Source: Thermodesulfobacteriota bacterium
GTDB taxonomy: Bacteria > Desulfobacterota > Binatia > Binatales > Binataceae
Assembly (NCBI GenBank): GCA_046728175.1
Contig: JBKPEA010000050.1
Location: forward strand, 389-64,388
Reading direction: 5' to 3'
Length of the DNA stretch: 64,000 bases
Positions 39,961 through 52,839 of the stretch are shown here, piece by piece (the stretch's first letter is position 1; the number at the start of each line of letters is the position of its first letter). Under the pieces are notes generated by a model. It was not told where the DNA came from. It was given only the letters and a program-made list of their open reading frames with translations, and did no database searches. The position numbers and the translations under genes are program-made.

Positions 39961-40537
39961 TGTCCTTCTTGGGCGTGATTTCGGTGCTCACCTGCTGATT
40001 CAGTTCGAACACGCGAGTCTTCGAATTCCCCGTGAGTCCGATCCCAACTACCTTGACCCCTTCACCTTCCAGGGTAACCTGCCCGGGCGCTTCCACCTTA
40101 TCGAGGTCCGGCAGGAAGCTGACGACTTCGGTCGTCACCGTGAAATCGCCGTACTTGATAACCGTGCCGCCACTCAAGTCGGCGCGGTTCACGTGATTGC
40201 CGTTCATGTGAAGAACGGCGTGGGGCGCCACTATTTTTACCGGTTTTCCATCGTCTGAGGTCATCGCGACGTCGGCATCAGTCAGGACCACGGCAGACTT
40301 GTCGCCCGAGTAGGCCGCATCGGAGGCGGTCAAGACCCATTGAGGGGTGCCTGCCTTCATCTGAGTCCAATGGAAGTTATGCGCGTGAAGCAGGGAACCA
40401 GGAACCAATCCGGCCACTTTTTGTATTGCCTGGGCGTCGTGCCGATGCCGAACTACCCATACCGTAACGCCCAAAAGTATCAGGAGCGCGACTGTACCGA
40501 ACCCCGCCAGCGCCCTGGCGATTCGCCTCGGACTCAT
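39938..40537 (-). CDS. lptC: LPS export periplasmic protein LptC
   Basis: Single N-terminal TM helix, WVLTAS..A.Y beta-jellyroll pattern, upstream of lptA. Confidence 0.82.
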   Translation of the reverse strand: MSPRRIARALAGFGTVALLILLGVTVWVVRHRHDAQAIQKVAGLVPGSLLHAHNFHWTQMKAGTPQWVLTASDAAYSGDKSAVVLTDADVAMTSDDGKPVKIVAPHAVLHMNGNHVNRADLSGGTVIKYGDFTVTTEVVSFLPDLDKVEAPGQVTLEGEGVKVVGIGLTGNSKTRVFELNQQVSTEITPKKDSGKANQS

Positions 40538-40655
40538 CTCACGCTCCGTCCAATCAAACTATCAAGGGGATTTTTCCAAGTAAACCGAAGGGTCGCCGGA
40601 CAGGCTTGCCAGGTCGGAATTTCGTCACGCCACCGCGCGGCGGTTCTTGCGACAG

Positions 40656-40693
40656 ATCGGTCGGCTTTCACATCATCGGTCGGCTTTCACATC
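40656..40693. repeat. Perfect 19-bp tandem duplication
   Basis: atcggtcggctttcacatc x2. Confidence 0.8.
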
Positions 40694-40753
40694 AATGGTG
40701 TGAGGGTAATCGCAAGCGCTAAACGGGGAAATCTTAAGCAAGGAGAACTCGTT

Positions 40754-41401
40754 ATGCTGGACCTCGATCACGCGATCCCGGAACGTCATTCCACTCGGCG
40801 GTTTTTACCCAGTCCGGTTCCGCGCGAGTTGGTGGATCAGGCGCTCGTCTTAGCTTAGTGTGCGCCGTCAAACTCAAACATCCAGCCATGGCACGTAATC
40901 TTCGCGTCCAGAGCATGCCGAGATCGACTCGTCGCCGCGCTGCTCGACGAGGCCAAGCGCAGGCCGCCCAATATTCACCGCCCCAAGTCGTTCGAGCACT
41001 ACCGGCGCGACCTCGGCGCTGAAGTTTACGGATCGATGGGTATCGCTCGTGAGGATACGGCGGGTCACGCGGCCGCGGTCCTGCGCAACTGGGAATTTTT
41101 CTGCGCGCGATTGGCTGGCATCATCTGCATGCATCGATCTCTCGGTCCCGCAGACGCAGTGAGCGTTGGAATGTTCCTGCAAACATCGTTGCTGGCGATG
41201 ACGCAACGTGGGCTAGGTAGTTGTGTCGAGGTCTCGGTCACGGGGAATCCAGAGATCCTTCGCGCGCAGCTGGCAATCTCCGAGGAACTGTCGATTCTAT
41301 GCGGCGTGGCGATTGGCTATTCAGATCCAGACTTTGCCGCTAACCAGCTGCACATCGAGCGGGAGCCGATCACGGAGAACATAGTGTTCGTGGAAAAATA
41401 G
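40754..41401 (+). pseudogene. Nitroreductase with an internal amber stop
   Basis: AGGAG RBS; ERHSTRRF..ALVLA-TAG(40856-40858)-CAPSNSNIQPW continues in frame to AIGYSD. Confidence 0.85.
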
Positions 41402-41671
41402 TGGCTTGCAAAGAGTGACGAAGGTAAGCGGCGTCAGTCCTGGCCCTTCGTTACAGTCGCCTGCTGATGTTCCAAGTTGGACCCTTTGTGAAACGAGGGA
41501 AGCTCTGTGCCTAGCCTTTCGGCAGGAGACCTTTCGGACTGATGAAATCCAAGATCAAACCGGAAATTCCGATTGACACCGGTTCGTTTCCGGTCGGCGC
41601 AGAGATGAAAGGTACACTGGCATGCGAGGAACTGGTCAGTTCGCACGCAAGCGAACTTCGCGCCTCGAAAC

Positions 41672-44896
<3,225 letters not shown>

Positions 44897-45102
44897 CGAT
44901 GACGCTGCCAGCTTACTCCCTCTTTTGCGCTGGGACTGGAAGCTCGACGGGGCACGTATATTGGTAACCGTCGCGTACCGGCCTTGTCAATTTCGTGGGG
45001 TTCGGTTTCCCACAAAAGGTGGTCCCGGGCCGTCAATCGCGAAATAGGCTGACGGGTGTTCATCGGCCCGCAAGAAAAAATCCCGGCGGGAGCAAGGTTC
45101 GC

Positions 45103-45144
45103 TTGACATCGGCGGCTGGGCACGGTTAGTGTTCGTTCACTAAC
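45103..45144 (+). promoter_or_regulatory. Promoter with overlapping palindromic TetR operator
   Basis: TTGACA (45103) and TAGTGT (45127); inverted repeat GTTAGTG-N6-CACTAAC at 45125-45144. Confidence 0.7.
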
Positions 45145-45146
45145 TA

Positions 45147-45728
45147 GTGCAGGTACTCAAGGAAAAACCGGGCACCAAACGGCCGGCGATCGTGGCCGCG
45201 GCGACCTCGTTGTTCGCCAAGGTCGGCGTCGATGCTACCAGCATGCGGGACATAGCCGAGGCGGCGGGGGTGCGCGAGGCCGCGATCTATCGCCACTTCA
45301 CCGGGAAGGAGCAGATGGCGCAGGAGATCTTCGCAAGCTGGTATGGCTGGTACGGCCAGCAGGTACGCCGGATCGTAGAGGGGAAGCGCCCCCTGCGGGC
45401 GAAGCTGCGAGCTCTGGTCCACGTGGAATTCGAAACCGCCCGGACCCACCCGCAGGAGTTTCTGTATTTTTGTGAGAACGAAGCCCGGTTCCTCGCCGCG
45501 CTTCCGCAAGGCGTGCCACGCGTCCGGCAAGAACTCATCAGGATGATCCGCGAGGGGCAGAGCCACCGAGAGGTGCGCGCCGGTGATCCGGGGTTGCTGG
45601 CGGACCTGCTGAGCGGGGCGCTCTGCGCGGTGGCCATTTCAGCGCTTGTACGCCGGGACTTGGAGGTCCTGGGTGGGGAAAAATTGACTGCCGAGAGCTG
45701 TTGGCAGATGCTCCGGCTCAACCGTTGA
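45147..45728 (+). CDS. TetR/AcrR family regulator
   Basis: LFAKVGVDATSMRDIAEAAGVREAAIYRHF HTH. Confidence 0.93.
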   Translation: MQVLKEKPGTKRPAIVAAATSLFAKVGVDATSMRDIAEAAGVREAAIYRHFTGKEQMAQEIFASWYGWYGQQVRRIVEGKRPLRAKLRALVHVEFETARTHPQEFLYFCENEARFLAALPQGVPRVRQELIRMIREGQSHREVRAGDPGLLADLLSGALCAVAISALVRRDLEVLGGEKLTAESCWQMLRLNR

Positions 45729-45739
45729 GGAGGTTTCTC

Positions 45740-46105
45740 ATGACTGCGGAAGAGGAACTCATCAGGCGCTATTTCGATGCATTCAACCGGCACGACGTCG
45801 AAGCCGTCGTCGCCTGTTTCCACCCCGACGCAGTGCTGGTCGGGCCGAACGGCAAACGCCTGGTCGGCCTCGCAGAGGTGCGCCGTTCGTACGAAACCGA
45901 GTTCGGACTGTTTCCTGATGCGCATTGCGAGCTACGTCTGTGCACCGGCAATAACGGACGCGGGGTAGCTGAGTCCTTCTTTACGGGAACCCGATCGCGA
46001 CGCGGAAAGATCGAAGCGATTGGCGCGGAGGTGATGGAGATCGTGGACGGCAAGATCAAGGAGATCCGCGACTATCATCAGCCGGTGCCCGCCACGGCGG
46101 CTTAG
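45740..46105 (+). CDS. SnoaL/NTF2-like protein
   Basis: YFDAFNRHD..DGKIKEIRDY; GAGGAGG RBS. Confidence 0.88.
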   Translation: MTAEEELIRRYFDAFNRHDVEAVVACFHPDAVLVGPNGKRLVGLAEVRRSYETEFGLFPDAHCELRLCTGNNGRGVAESFFTGTRSRRGKIEAIGAEVMEIVDGKIKEIRDYHQPVPATAA

Positions 46106-46154
46106 CAGACGCCCCGCGTCAGACTCCAACCCATCGTGCGGTCCTAAGTCCAAC

Positions 46155-46961
46155 ATGAAATCGGCTGGCAACACCGGACTGGTCGATGTGGGCGCGATCT
46201 ACGGCGGACCGCAGGGCGACCTGTATTCACTCCTGATGGGGCAGCAGCTTCACGCCGGCGGAATGAACGCCTCGCTCGATCTTGCCGAACGCGCAGGCAT
46301 CGGCGCCGGACAGAAAGGAATCGATCTGTGCTGCGGCACTGGCGGCGGCATGCGCGTGCTCGTGCGGTTTTGCAAGGTTGCTTCCATGGTCGGCATCGAT
46401 CTTACCCCGCGCAACGTCGAGCGAGGAGAGCAACGGTGCCGCGAAGAAGGACTCGCCGATCGGGTCCGTTTCGTGGTCGCTGACGCGTGTTGCACCGGTC
46501 TGCCGGGCAGGAACGCTGATTTCGTATGGGGCGAGGACGCGTGGTGCTATGTCCCGGACAAGGCGAAGCTGGTGGCAGAAGCGGCGCGCCTGATTCGTCC
46601 AGGCGGTGTAGTCGCCTTCACCGACTGGGTCGAAGGGCCGACCGAGCTTAGCGCCGAGGAGGCTCAGCGCGCTTTGACCCTGATGGGGTTCGTCAATGTT
46701 CTCGATATACCCCGCTACGTCCGACTGCTGAGCGACCACGGGTGCGAGGTGCGGGTGGCGCAAGATACTGGGTATCTTCCGGAGTTCTTCGATCTGGGTT
46801 TGAAAATGATCGAGAAGCAGTTTACCTATGACGTTCTCGCGACCGTCCAGTTTCGGATTGACGTGCTGAAGATCATCGCCGATAATTTTCGGTTCCTCGG
46901 CGGTCTCGCGCGAGCGGCCAAACTGATCCAGGCACGCTTCGTGGGTCGCAGGGTCGCCTGA
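46155..46961 (+). CDS. Class I SAM-dependent methyltransferase
   Basis: IDLCCGTGG, RLIRPGG and FTDW motifs. Confidence 0.9.
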   Translation: MKSAGNTGLVDVGAIYGGPQGDLYSLLMGQQLHAGGMNASLDLAERAGIGAGQKGIDLCCGTGGGMRVLVRFCKVASMVGIDLTPRNVERGEQRCREEGLADRVRFVVADACCTGLPGRNADFVWGEDAWCYVPDKAKLVAEAARLIRPGGVVAFTDWVEGPTELSAEEAQRALTLMGFVNVLDIPRYVRLLSDHGCEVRVAQDTGYLPEFFDLGLKMIEKQFTYDVLATVQFRIDVLKIIADNFRFLGGLARAAKLIQARFVGRRVA

Positions 46962-47189
46962 TCCAGCCGGCCTCGGGCGATCGCAGCGACCGACGACCAC
47001 CCGCTAGCCGACGTGCAAGATCCCGCGGGAGCCGACTTAGCGGGAACCGGGAATGGGTCGAACAAGTCGTGGAAGTTGTGGGCAGGCCGACTCGTCGCGG
47101 AGGGTTTGATGCGCCTGCGGACCAGGAATTTGTGGCGGCTTTCCCTTTCCGGGGTCGGAAGCAAGTCAGGTCGGGTCGCGCACAGCGCC

Positions 47190-47273
47190 CTACTTTCCTC
47201 GCTTGCGGGTTCTGCGCATGCGCCGCTGGCGGGCCTTCGCCTGGACCGGATTGCTGCGACGCTTGCGCGCCAT
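47190..47273 (-). CDS. Tiny Arg/Lys-rich peptide (MARKRRSNPVQAKARQRRMRRTRKRGK)
   Basis: Open frame directly downstream of the dac gene; alternative ATG at 47315 overlaps the dac stop. Confidence 0.45.
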   Translation of the reverse strand: MARKRRSNPVQAKARQRRMRRTRKRGK

Positions 47274-47311
47274 TTTGCGATTACGCCGATTACGCTGACG
47301 TGAAGCTACTT

Positions 47312-48547
47312 TCATTGCGGCTCCGGGTTTTGAGGGGTCTGATTGTAGGCGGTTGGTTTTGCGGCATTCCATCCCGAGTCGCCGGCCTGCAAGGTGTCGC
47401 CCGGCAGGCTGATTGAAACCGGACTCAGCGCCGTTGCTTCCGTCACTATCCCGTCCCGGTTGTGCACCACCACCAGCCCGAGCTGTTCTCCTGCCTTGAT
47501 CGGACCGCCGACCGAGTTCGGTACGCGATATTCGAGCTGGATGCCCGCGGTGTCGTCGCGCGGCAGTACGACTTTGAGCTCGCGACCGACGATCGGCTGG
47601 ATAAATTGCCCGGTCTCCACCCGGACCTGCACCGGTAGCGCCTCGCCCGACTTGAGCAGCGCCACCGCCGTGTAGTTTGCGAATCCCCATTCCAGCAACC
47701 TCGCCGACTGGGCAAAGCGTTGCTGGTTGGATGCCGCGCCAAGTATCACGCTTACCAGGCGCAGGTTACCGCGTCTGGCGGTCGCGGTGAGATTGAATCC
47801 AGCCTGGAACGTGAATCCGGTCTTCAGTCCGTCGCATCCGTCGAAGCGCCCGATAAGATGATTGGTATTGTGCAGGATGCAGACTCCGCCATCGAAGTCC
47901 GCTTGCTCGAGTCCCGACCACTTCAGGAGATCCGTTCCGTTGATAATCGCGCGCGCCAGCGTGGCCAGGTCGCGCGCCGAGGTCTGATCGACGTCGCGGG
48001 TGGGCCGCGGCGGTAACCCGTCGACGGTGTTGTACGCGGTGCTGGTCATCCCGAGACTTCGCGCACGCGCATTCATCATCCGCACCGTCGCTTCCACCGA
48101 GCCCCCGATCTTTTCCGCGATCGCGACCGCGGCATCGTTAGCCGACTTGATCAGCGCCGCCTTTATCAGTTCCTCGAATGGGTAGACCTGTCCCTCGATC
48201 AGGCCGACCCGCGATCCCCCCGTATGCGCGGCGCGTTCCGAGACTCGCACCGGGTCGTTCGGTCTGACGTTGCCAGCCTTAAGCTGATCTTCCGCGATCA
48301 GCAGCAACATCATCTTGGCCATCGATGCCGGGGGCCACGACATGTCGGCATTAGACTCGTAGAGAACTTTGCCGCTGTCGGCATCCTCGACCAGTGCGCC
48401 TTTAAACGGCTCGACTTCGGTCTTCACACGCTTGGCGGACGCGTGCCCGTGTCTGCCGTGCCGTACCGCGGCGCCCGCCGGGCCTGCCAGCAGCCCGAGT
48501 ACCGCCCCCCCGGTCAATATCGCTGCGATCTTATGCGATGCTCTCAT
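47312..48547 (-). CDS. D-alanyl-D-alanine carboxypeptidase (S11)
   Basis: PASMAK (SxxK), SAND (SxN) and LKTG motifs; signal peptide. Confidence 0.93.
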   Translation of the reverse strand: MRASHKIAAILTGGAVLGLLAGPAGAAVRHGRHGHASAKRVKTEVEPFKGALVEDADSGKVLYESNADMSWPPASMAKMMLLLIAEDQLKAGNVRPNDPVRVSERAAHTGGSRVGLIEGQVYPFEELIKAALIKSANDAAVAIAEKIGGSVEATVRMMNARARSLGMTSTAYNTVDGLPPRPTRDVDQTSARDLATLARAIINGTDLLKWSGLEQADFDGGVCILHNTNHLIGRFDGCDGLKTGFTFQAGFNLTATARRGNLRLVSVILGAASNQQRFAQSARLLEWGFANYTAVALLKSGEALPVQVRVETGQFIQPIVGRELKVVLPRDDTAGIQLEYRVPNSVGGPIKAGEQLGLVVVHNRDGIVTEATALSPVSISLPGDTLQAGDSGWNAAKPTAYNQTPQNPEPQ

Positions 48548-48607
48548 CCACCCCCCCCGATTCCATCCACCCATTGTGCAGATGCGTGCGGTTTTTCCCC
48601 CAAGGCA

Positions 48608-49312
48608 CTACGGCTTGCGCGCGAAGCCGCTCTGCCCCGAGAGGCCCTCCAGGCCAGTCCGTTCGACGCGTTGCAAGATATTCAAATTCGCGCGCGCCGG
48701 GGCATAGTCGGGGTTCGCCGCCACCAACTCCGTCCACTCGTCGTGCGCGCGTAGGTACTTGCCTTCTTCGGCGTAGATCGCGCCCAAGGTGTTGTGCGCC
48801 TCTACCTGGGTAGGATCAATCTGCAGCGAAAGCAGCATCTGCTGCTCGGCCTGATCGAGCATGCCGCGGCGCTCGAACGCAAGCGCGAGATTAAAATGCG
48901 GCTCCGCATGGTCCGGTCCCAGGAGCGCCGAAAGCCGCAATACCTCGGTGGCATCCTGAAGCTGCCCATTCTCCAGATAGAGGAGGCCGAGATTGAGAAA
49001 CAGTTGCCAGTCATCAAGCCCCAGGCTCACCGCTTTCTGGTACTCGGCGAGTTCGCGCTGATGCTGTCCCATCAGGCCGTATGCGAACCCGAGATGATAA
49101 TGTGCCAGTGCATTGTTTGGATTGCTGTCGATCACCTCGCGATGGCGCTGAATCGCTTCAGGGTAGTTCTCCATCCCCAGGTAGTAGTCGGCCACTGCGT
49201 CACAAACTTGATCATCGGGAGAGGAACTCCCGCCGGCGGCCGACGCGAAACCGAGCGACTGGAGGACCAGCACTATCAGGACGCAGAGCCCCGCGCGGTA
49301 AAGAATTGACAC
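48608..49312 (-). CDS. Exported tetratricopeptide repeat protein
   Basis: Signal peptide; AHYHLG, FLNLG, PHFNLA and AHNTLG TPR repeats. Confidence 0.88.
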   Translation of the reverse strand: MSILYRAGLCVLIVLVLQSLGFASAAGGSSSPDDQVCDAVADYYLGMENYPEAIQRHREVIDSNPNNALAHYHLGFAYGLMGQHQRELAEYQKAVSLGLDDWQLFLNLGLLYLENGQLQDATEVLRLSALLGPDHAEPHFNLALAFERRGMLDQAEQQMLLSLQIDPTQVEAHNTLGAIYAEEGKYLRAHDEWTELVAANPDYAPARANLNILQRVERTGLEGLSGQSGFARKP

Positions 49313-49513
49313 TTAGATGCTCACTTTCACGCCTTTGCGAGAAAGCAGAGCGATGGTAGCAGGAAAATTGCGGCAAGAAAAAGCAGTAAGCCCCACGCCG
49401 CCTTAGGTATGGCGAGGCGACACTTCGCGGCACCCTCGGGTCATGTATGCGCGGCCGACCGCAGGGAAGGACAGCGGCTGCCCTTCCACCCCTGTTCCGT
49501 CGCGACGCTGATC

Positions 49514-49756
49514 TTAGTGGGCGGTAGAGTCTGACGGGGCGGCAGATGGCTCCGCGCCGCTGCCGCTCGACTCACCGGATTCTTCGCCCTTCTTCTTGTG
49601 GTGATGATGCTTGTGGGCAGGCTTTTCCGATGCGGCAGGGCTTGCCTCGGGGGCCGGGCTGGCTTCGGGTGAGCTGGCGCCGCTCTGCGCAAAGGCCGGG
49701 ACGGCAATCGCACTAGCGAAGATAGCGGCGGTGAGAATGGAGAGGGCGCGCTTCAT
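49514..49756 (-). CDS. Small secreted disordered protein (Asr acid-shock-like)
   Basis: AAGGAG RBS, signal peptide AFA|Q, HKHHHHKKK patch. Confidence 0.8.
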   Translation of the reverse strand: MKRALSILTAAIFASAIAVPAFAQSGASSPEASPAPEASPAASEKPAHKHHHHKKKGEESGESSGSGAEPSAAPSDSTAH

Positions 49757-49819
49757 ATCAGTTGGTCTCCTTGCTTTTTGAGCGGTCCGTCATTGGCCGC
49801 CTCGACATCCGGTGGGTAT

Positions 49820-49835
49820 AGCTATTGCCGTGCCA
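49820..49835 (-). promoter_or_regulatory. Putative sigma-54 promoter
   Basis: TGGCACG-GCAA-TAGCT with GG-N10-GC spacing, upstream of the Asr-like gene. Confidence 0.6.
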
Positions 49836-49958
49836 CCTCTGCAACATCGAGTTTTTCCGGCATTTACGCAGGATTTTGTACTCCCGCGAGCCAAACTGAC
49901 GGAATCCGTCCAGATACTGGCCGTTTTGCGCTATTGTGACAGGCGCCCCGCGTGCGCT

Positions 49959-50681
49959 TCAATCTTTTTTCGCTTCCCGGCGCAAATCGCCATAGAGCGT
50001 AAACAATTCCTTAAAGGCGCGCGCGACCACCTTGATATTTGCGCCCGATTGCTCGCCCGCCAGTCGCGGCAGGTGGGTTACCTCGACCTCACGGACCGTG
50101 GCGCCCAATCCGACCAGCCTCATCATCAGTTCGGTGGAAATCATCGCGCCTCGCGCGCGCAGCTGGATCCGGTCCAGGAACTCGCGCTTGAAAAGCTTGA
50201 ACCCGCAATCGATGTCGTGGATGCCGACGCCCAACAGCATGCGCACCAGCAGCGTCCATGCCTCGCCATTGAGTTTACGAATCAGGCTATCGGCGCGATG
50301 GATCCGGCGCCCGACCACCACGTCGTATTCCGGGACGAAGGCGACCAGTTTACCGAGCTCGTTTGGATCAAACTGGCCATCTCCGTCGGACAGCACCACG
50401 TAGGGCAGCTTGGCCGCACGAATCCCCGAGCTCACCGCATCGCCATAGCCGCGATTGACCCGGTGATGAACCACTCGCACGTGGCTGTCCTCCGCCGCCA
50501 GACGCTCCGCAATCTCGCCGGTTCGGTCGCCGCTGCCATCGTTGACGACGATGACCTCGTACGCCTGGGCAAACCGGGGCAGCGCGGCAAGGTAACCGCG
50601 TACCACGCGCTCGACGTTGGCTTCTTCGTTATGCGACGGCAGAAAGACGCTCAGCCCTGGAACAGGTACCGGGTTGTTCAC
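49959..50681 (-). CDS. Glycosyltransferase family 2 (DPM1-like)
   Basis: LPSHNEE, VNDGSGD, NRGYG, DGDGQ and DIDCGFK motifs. Confidence 0.92.
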   Translation of the reverse strand: MNNPVPVPGLSVFLPSHNEEANVERVVRGYLAALPRFAQAYEVIVVNDGSGDRTGEIAERLAAEDSHVRVVHHRVNRGYGDAVSSGIRAAKLPYVVLSDGDGQFDPNELGKLVAFVPEYDVVVGRRIHRADSLIRKLNGEAWTLLVRMLLGVGIHDIDCGFKLFKREFLDRIQLRARGAMISTELMMRLVGLGATVREVEVTHLPRLAGEQSGANIKVVARAFKELFTLYGDLRREAKKD

Positions 50682-50721
50682 GGGGGACCAGGTCGCATGG
50701 AGAATTCCGATTGGCGCCCGC

Positions 50722-51198
50722 TCAGTCGCCGAGCGCCCGATATCCGCCTCGGAAAAAGAGCAGCGGCCTCGCGTCGCGCGTTTCCGCCTGATCGATCTCG
50801 CCAAGGTAGATCGTGTGGTCTCCACCCTCGTATGTGGAAACCACCCGGCACTCGATGTAGCCGATGGTGCCGTGGAGAATCGGCGCCCCATTGGCGCCGA
50901 GGCGATAGCTGATGTCGACGAACTTGTTGCCACCGCTGACCGCGAATTTTCGTGATACGTCTTCCTGGTCGTCAGCGAGAATATTGACCGTGAACACACG
51001 GGTCTCTTCGAAGCACGGGTAGCTTTCCGCTTTCTTGTCTACGCAGACCAGCACCAGAGGCGGCGTCAGCGAGACCGAGGTGAACGCGTTGGCAGTGAGG
51101 CCGTGCAGCTCGCCCGAGCTTCGCAGGCTGGTTATGACGGTAACGCCAGTAGCGAAATGGCCCATCACGCGGCGCAATTCGTTTTTGTCAATTGGCAT
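50722..51198 (-). CDS. Flavin reductase family protein
   Basis: FATGVTVIT, SVSLTPPLV and GDHTI motifs. Confidence 0.93.
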   Translation of the reverse strand: MPIDKNELRRVMGHFATGVTVITSLRSSGELHGLTANAFTSVSLTPPLVLVCVDKKAESYPCFEETRVFTVNILADDQEDVSRKFAVSGGNKFVDISYRLGANGAPILHGTIGYIECRVVSTYEGGDHTIYLGEIDQAETRDARPLLFFRGGYRALGD

Positions 51199-51316
51199 CG
51201 AAAAAATCTCCGCGCGGATGCTAGCAAAGCGTTTTGTCGCCGGTCAATTTGGTCTCCCGGGGATAACGACGAGACGCGATCGCGGTTGACTCAGGTTCAC
51301 GCGTAGAGCCCCTGTC

Positions 51317-51829
51317 TCACCAACCCGCCCGATCTCTCTGAACCACGTTCTTTCCCCCCACATATACATAGTCCAGGTCCAGCGATGTCAGCGGGCGCTC
51401 GCCGCTGCCGATTCGCACGCCCACCGGTTCGGCGATGAATAGCGTGTGGTCCCCCGCGATCTTCTCGTCGACGACCCGGGCCTCGATCGAGACCATGGCG
51501 AGTTTGAGCCACGGCATCTTGAGTTTGGGAGATCGCTCGCATTCTAACGCATCAAGGTTGTCGGCCCGTTTCGCTCGGCTCGAGTAGAAGTAGTCCTCCA
51601 ATCGCCTGCCACCCATACCCACCACGTTGAGTCCAAACGCCTTCGCCCGGGTGACCATCGCGTTGCTGAAATGCCCACGATCGATCGCGGCCATCAGCAG
51701 TGGCGGCTCGCCGGAAACCTGGGTAACCCATGAGGACGACATCCCATGGCGGCGCGCGCCATCATCGACGGTCAGGACGTAGATTCCGCTCGTTAATGCC
51801 GCCATTGCACGAGCAATTTCGCTCTCCAT
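51317..51829 (-). CDS. Flavin reductase family protein
   Basis: SWVTQVSGEPP and AGDHTLF motifs. Confidence 0.88.
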   Translation of the reverse strand: MESEIARAMAALTSGIYVLTVDDGARRHGMSSSWVTQVSGEPPLLMAAIDRGHFSNAMVTRAKAFGLNVVGMGGRRLEDYFYSSRAKRADNLDALECERSPKLKMPWLKLAMVSIEARVVDEKIAGDHTLFIAEPVGVRIGSGERPLTSLDLDYVYVGGKNVVQRDRAGW

Positions 51830-51961
51830 CGACTCATATCCTCTTGCGCGCGACTATCGCGGGGCCCTGTGCTTTAATGCCGCGGTAGTCGATTCTTAGG
51901 GCTACATAATTGACGCGGACCGTCAGGGTTTTCAAAATAGGGAAGTGGAACATCTATCTCG

Positions 51962-52753
51962 ATGATTGCAAGGTTCGCGCGTGCCGCCGCCTGCGCGGCA
52001 GCAATTTTGACCTTCCTCGCAGTGGTCACTTTCGCGGCCGGCCCGGCTCCCGTCCCTACCCCGGCACTTGTGTATAGCCCGGTCCCTGCGCCGACGCCGA
52101 CCGTCGATCCATACTGGGTACCAGCTCCCGGCACCGCCGCCTACGATCCCAACGCTTCAACCCCTGTGCCGTCGGCGGTCGCGCAGACGTGGGCTACCAG
52201 CGCCGCGTCGCTCGATGGCCACAAGGTCGATCGCAACCGGCACCAGGTAACGCCCGGGGAGCGAGCCTACGAGCTTACCCACGACCTATCCTATTTACAT
52301 CCGCTCAGTTGGAACGTCACCGCCTGGAAATCACGTCACCAACTGACCGTCTACTACAAGGGACACGAATACCGGACCTATCACGCGGTGTTCGGCCGCA
52401 ACCGCCTAAACGGAACCAAGTTGTGGGAAGGCGACGGACGCACGCCCGAGGGCGTGTACACGATAATCGAGAAACACCCCAGCCTGCGCTGGCAGTGGTT
52501 CCTCGGTTTGAACTACCCAAACGACGTTGACGAGTATCGTTACAAGCAGCTACGTGACGCGCAGGAAATTCCAGAGGAAGGTGGCCGCGACGTGGGCGAG
52601 GGGGGGCATATCGGAATTCACGGCACCGACGATCCGATTCTCAACTCGGGAAATATTGATTGGACGACGGGCTGTATTTCGGTCAACAATTTAGACATCG
52701 ATGAACTCAGTCGCATCCTGCCGGTGGGAACCCTCGTTATCATCAATCCGTAG
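51962..52753 (+). CDS. L,D-transpeptidase (YkuD) family protein
   Basis: EGDGRTPEG, LNYPN and IGIHG..WTTGC motifs; signal peptide. Confidence 0.9.
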   Translation: MIARFARAAACAAAILTFLAVVTFAAGPAPVPTPALVYSPVPAPTPTVDPYWVPAPGTAAYDPNASTPVPSAVAQTWATSAASLDGHKVDRNRHQVTPGERAYELTHDLSYLHPLSWNVTAWKSRHQLTVYYKGHEYRTYHAVFGRNRLNGTKLWEGDGRTPEGVYTIIEKHPSLRWQWFLGLNYPNDVDEYRYKQLRDAQEIPEEGGRDVGEGGHIGIHGTDDPILNSGNIDWTTGCISVNNLDIDELSRILPVGTLVIINP

Positions 52754-52839
52754 CGGGATGCGCCAGAGTCAATGCTCCGCCCGGATTGACGCGGCGGCGC
52801 GATAGTCCAACGCGGTCCTGCCGCGCGGGAGGCCGTTAC

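Noticed and set aside
40856-40858. Pyrrolysine readthrough of the nitroreductase TAG
   Set aside because: The position is non-catalytic and a CAG>TAG transition is simpler; there are no pyl genes in the window
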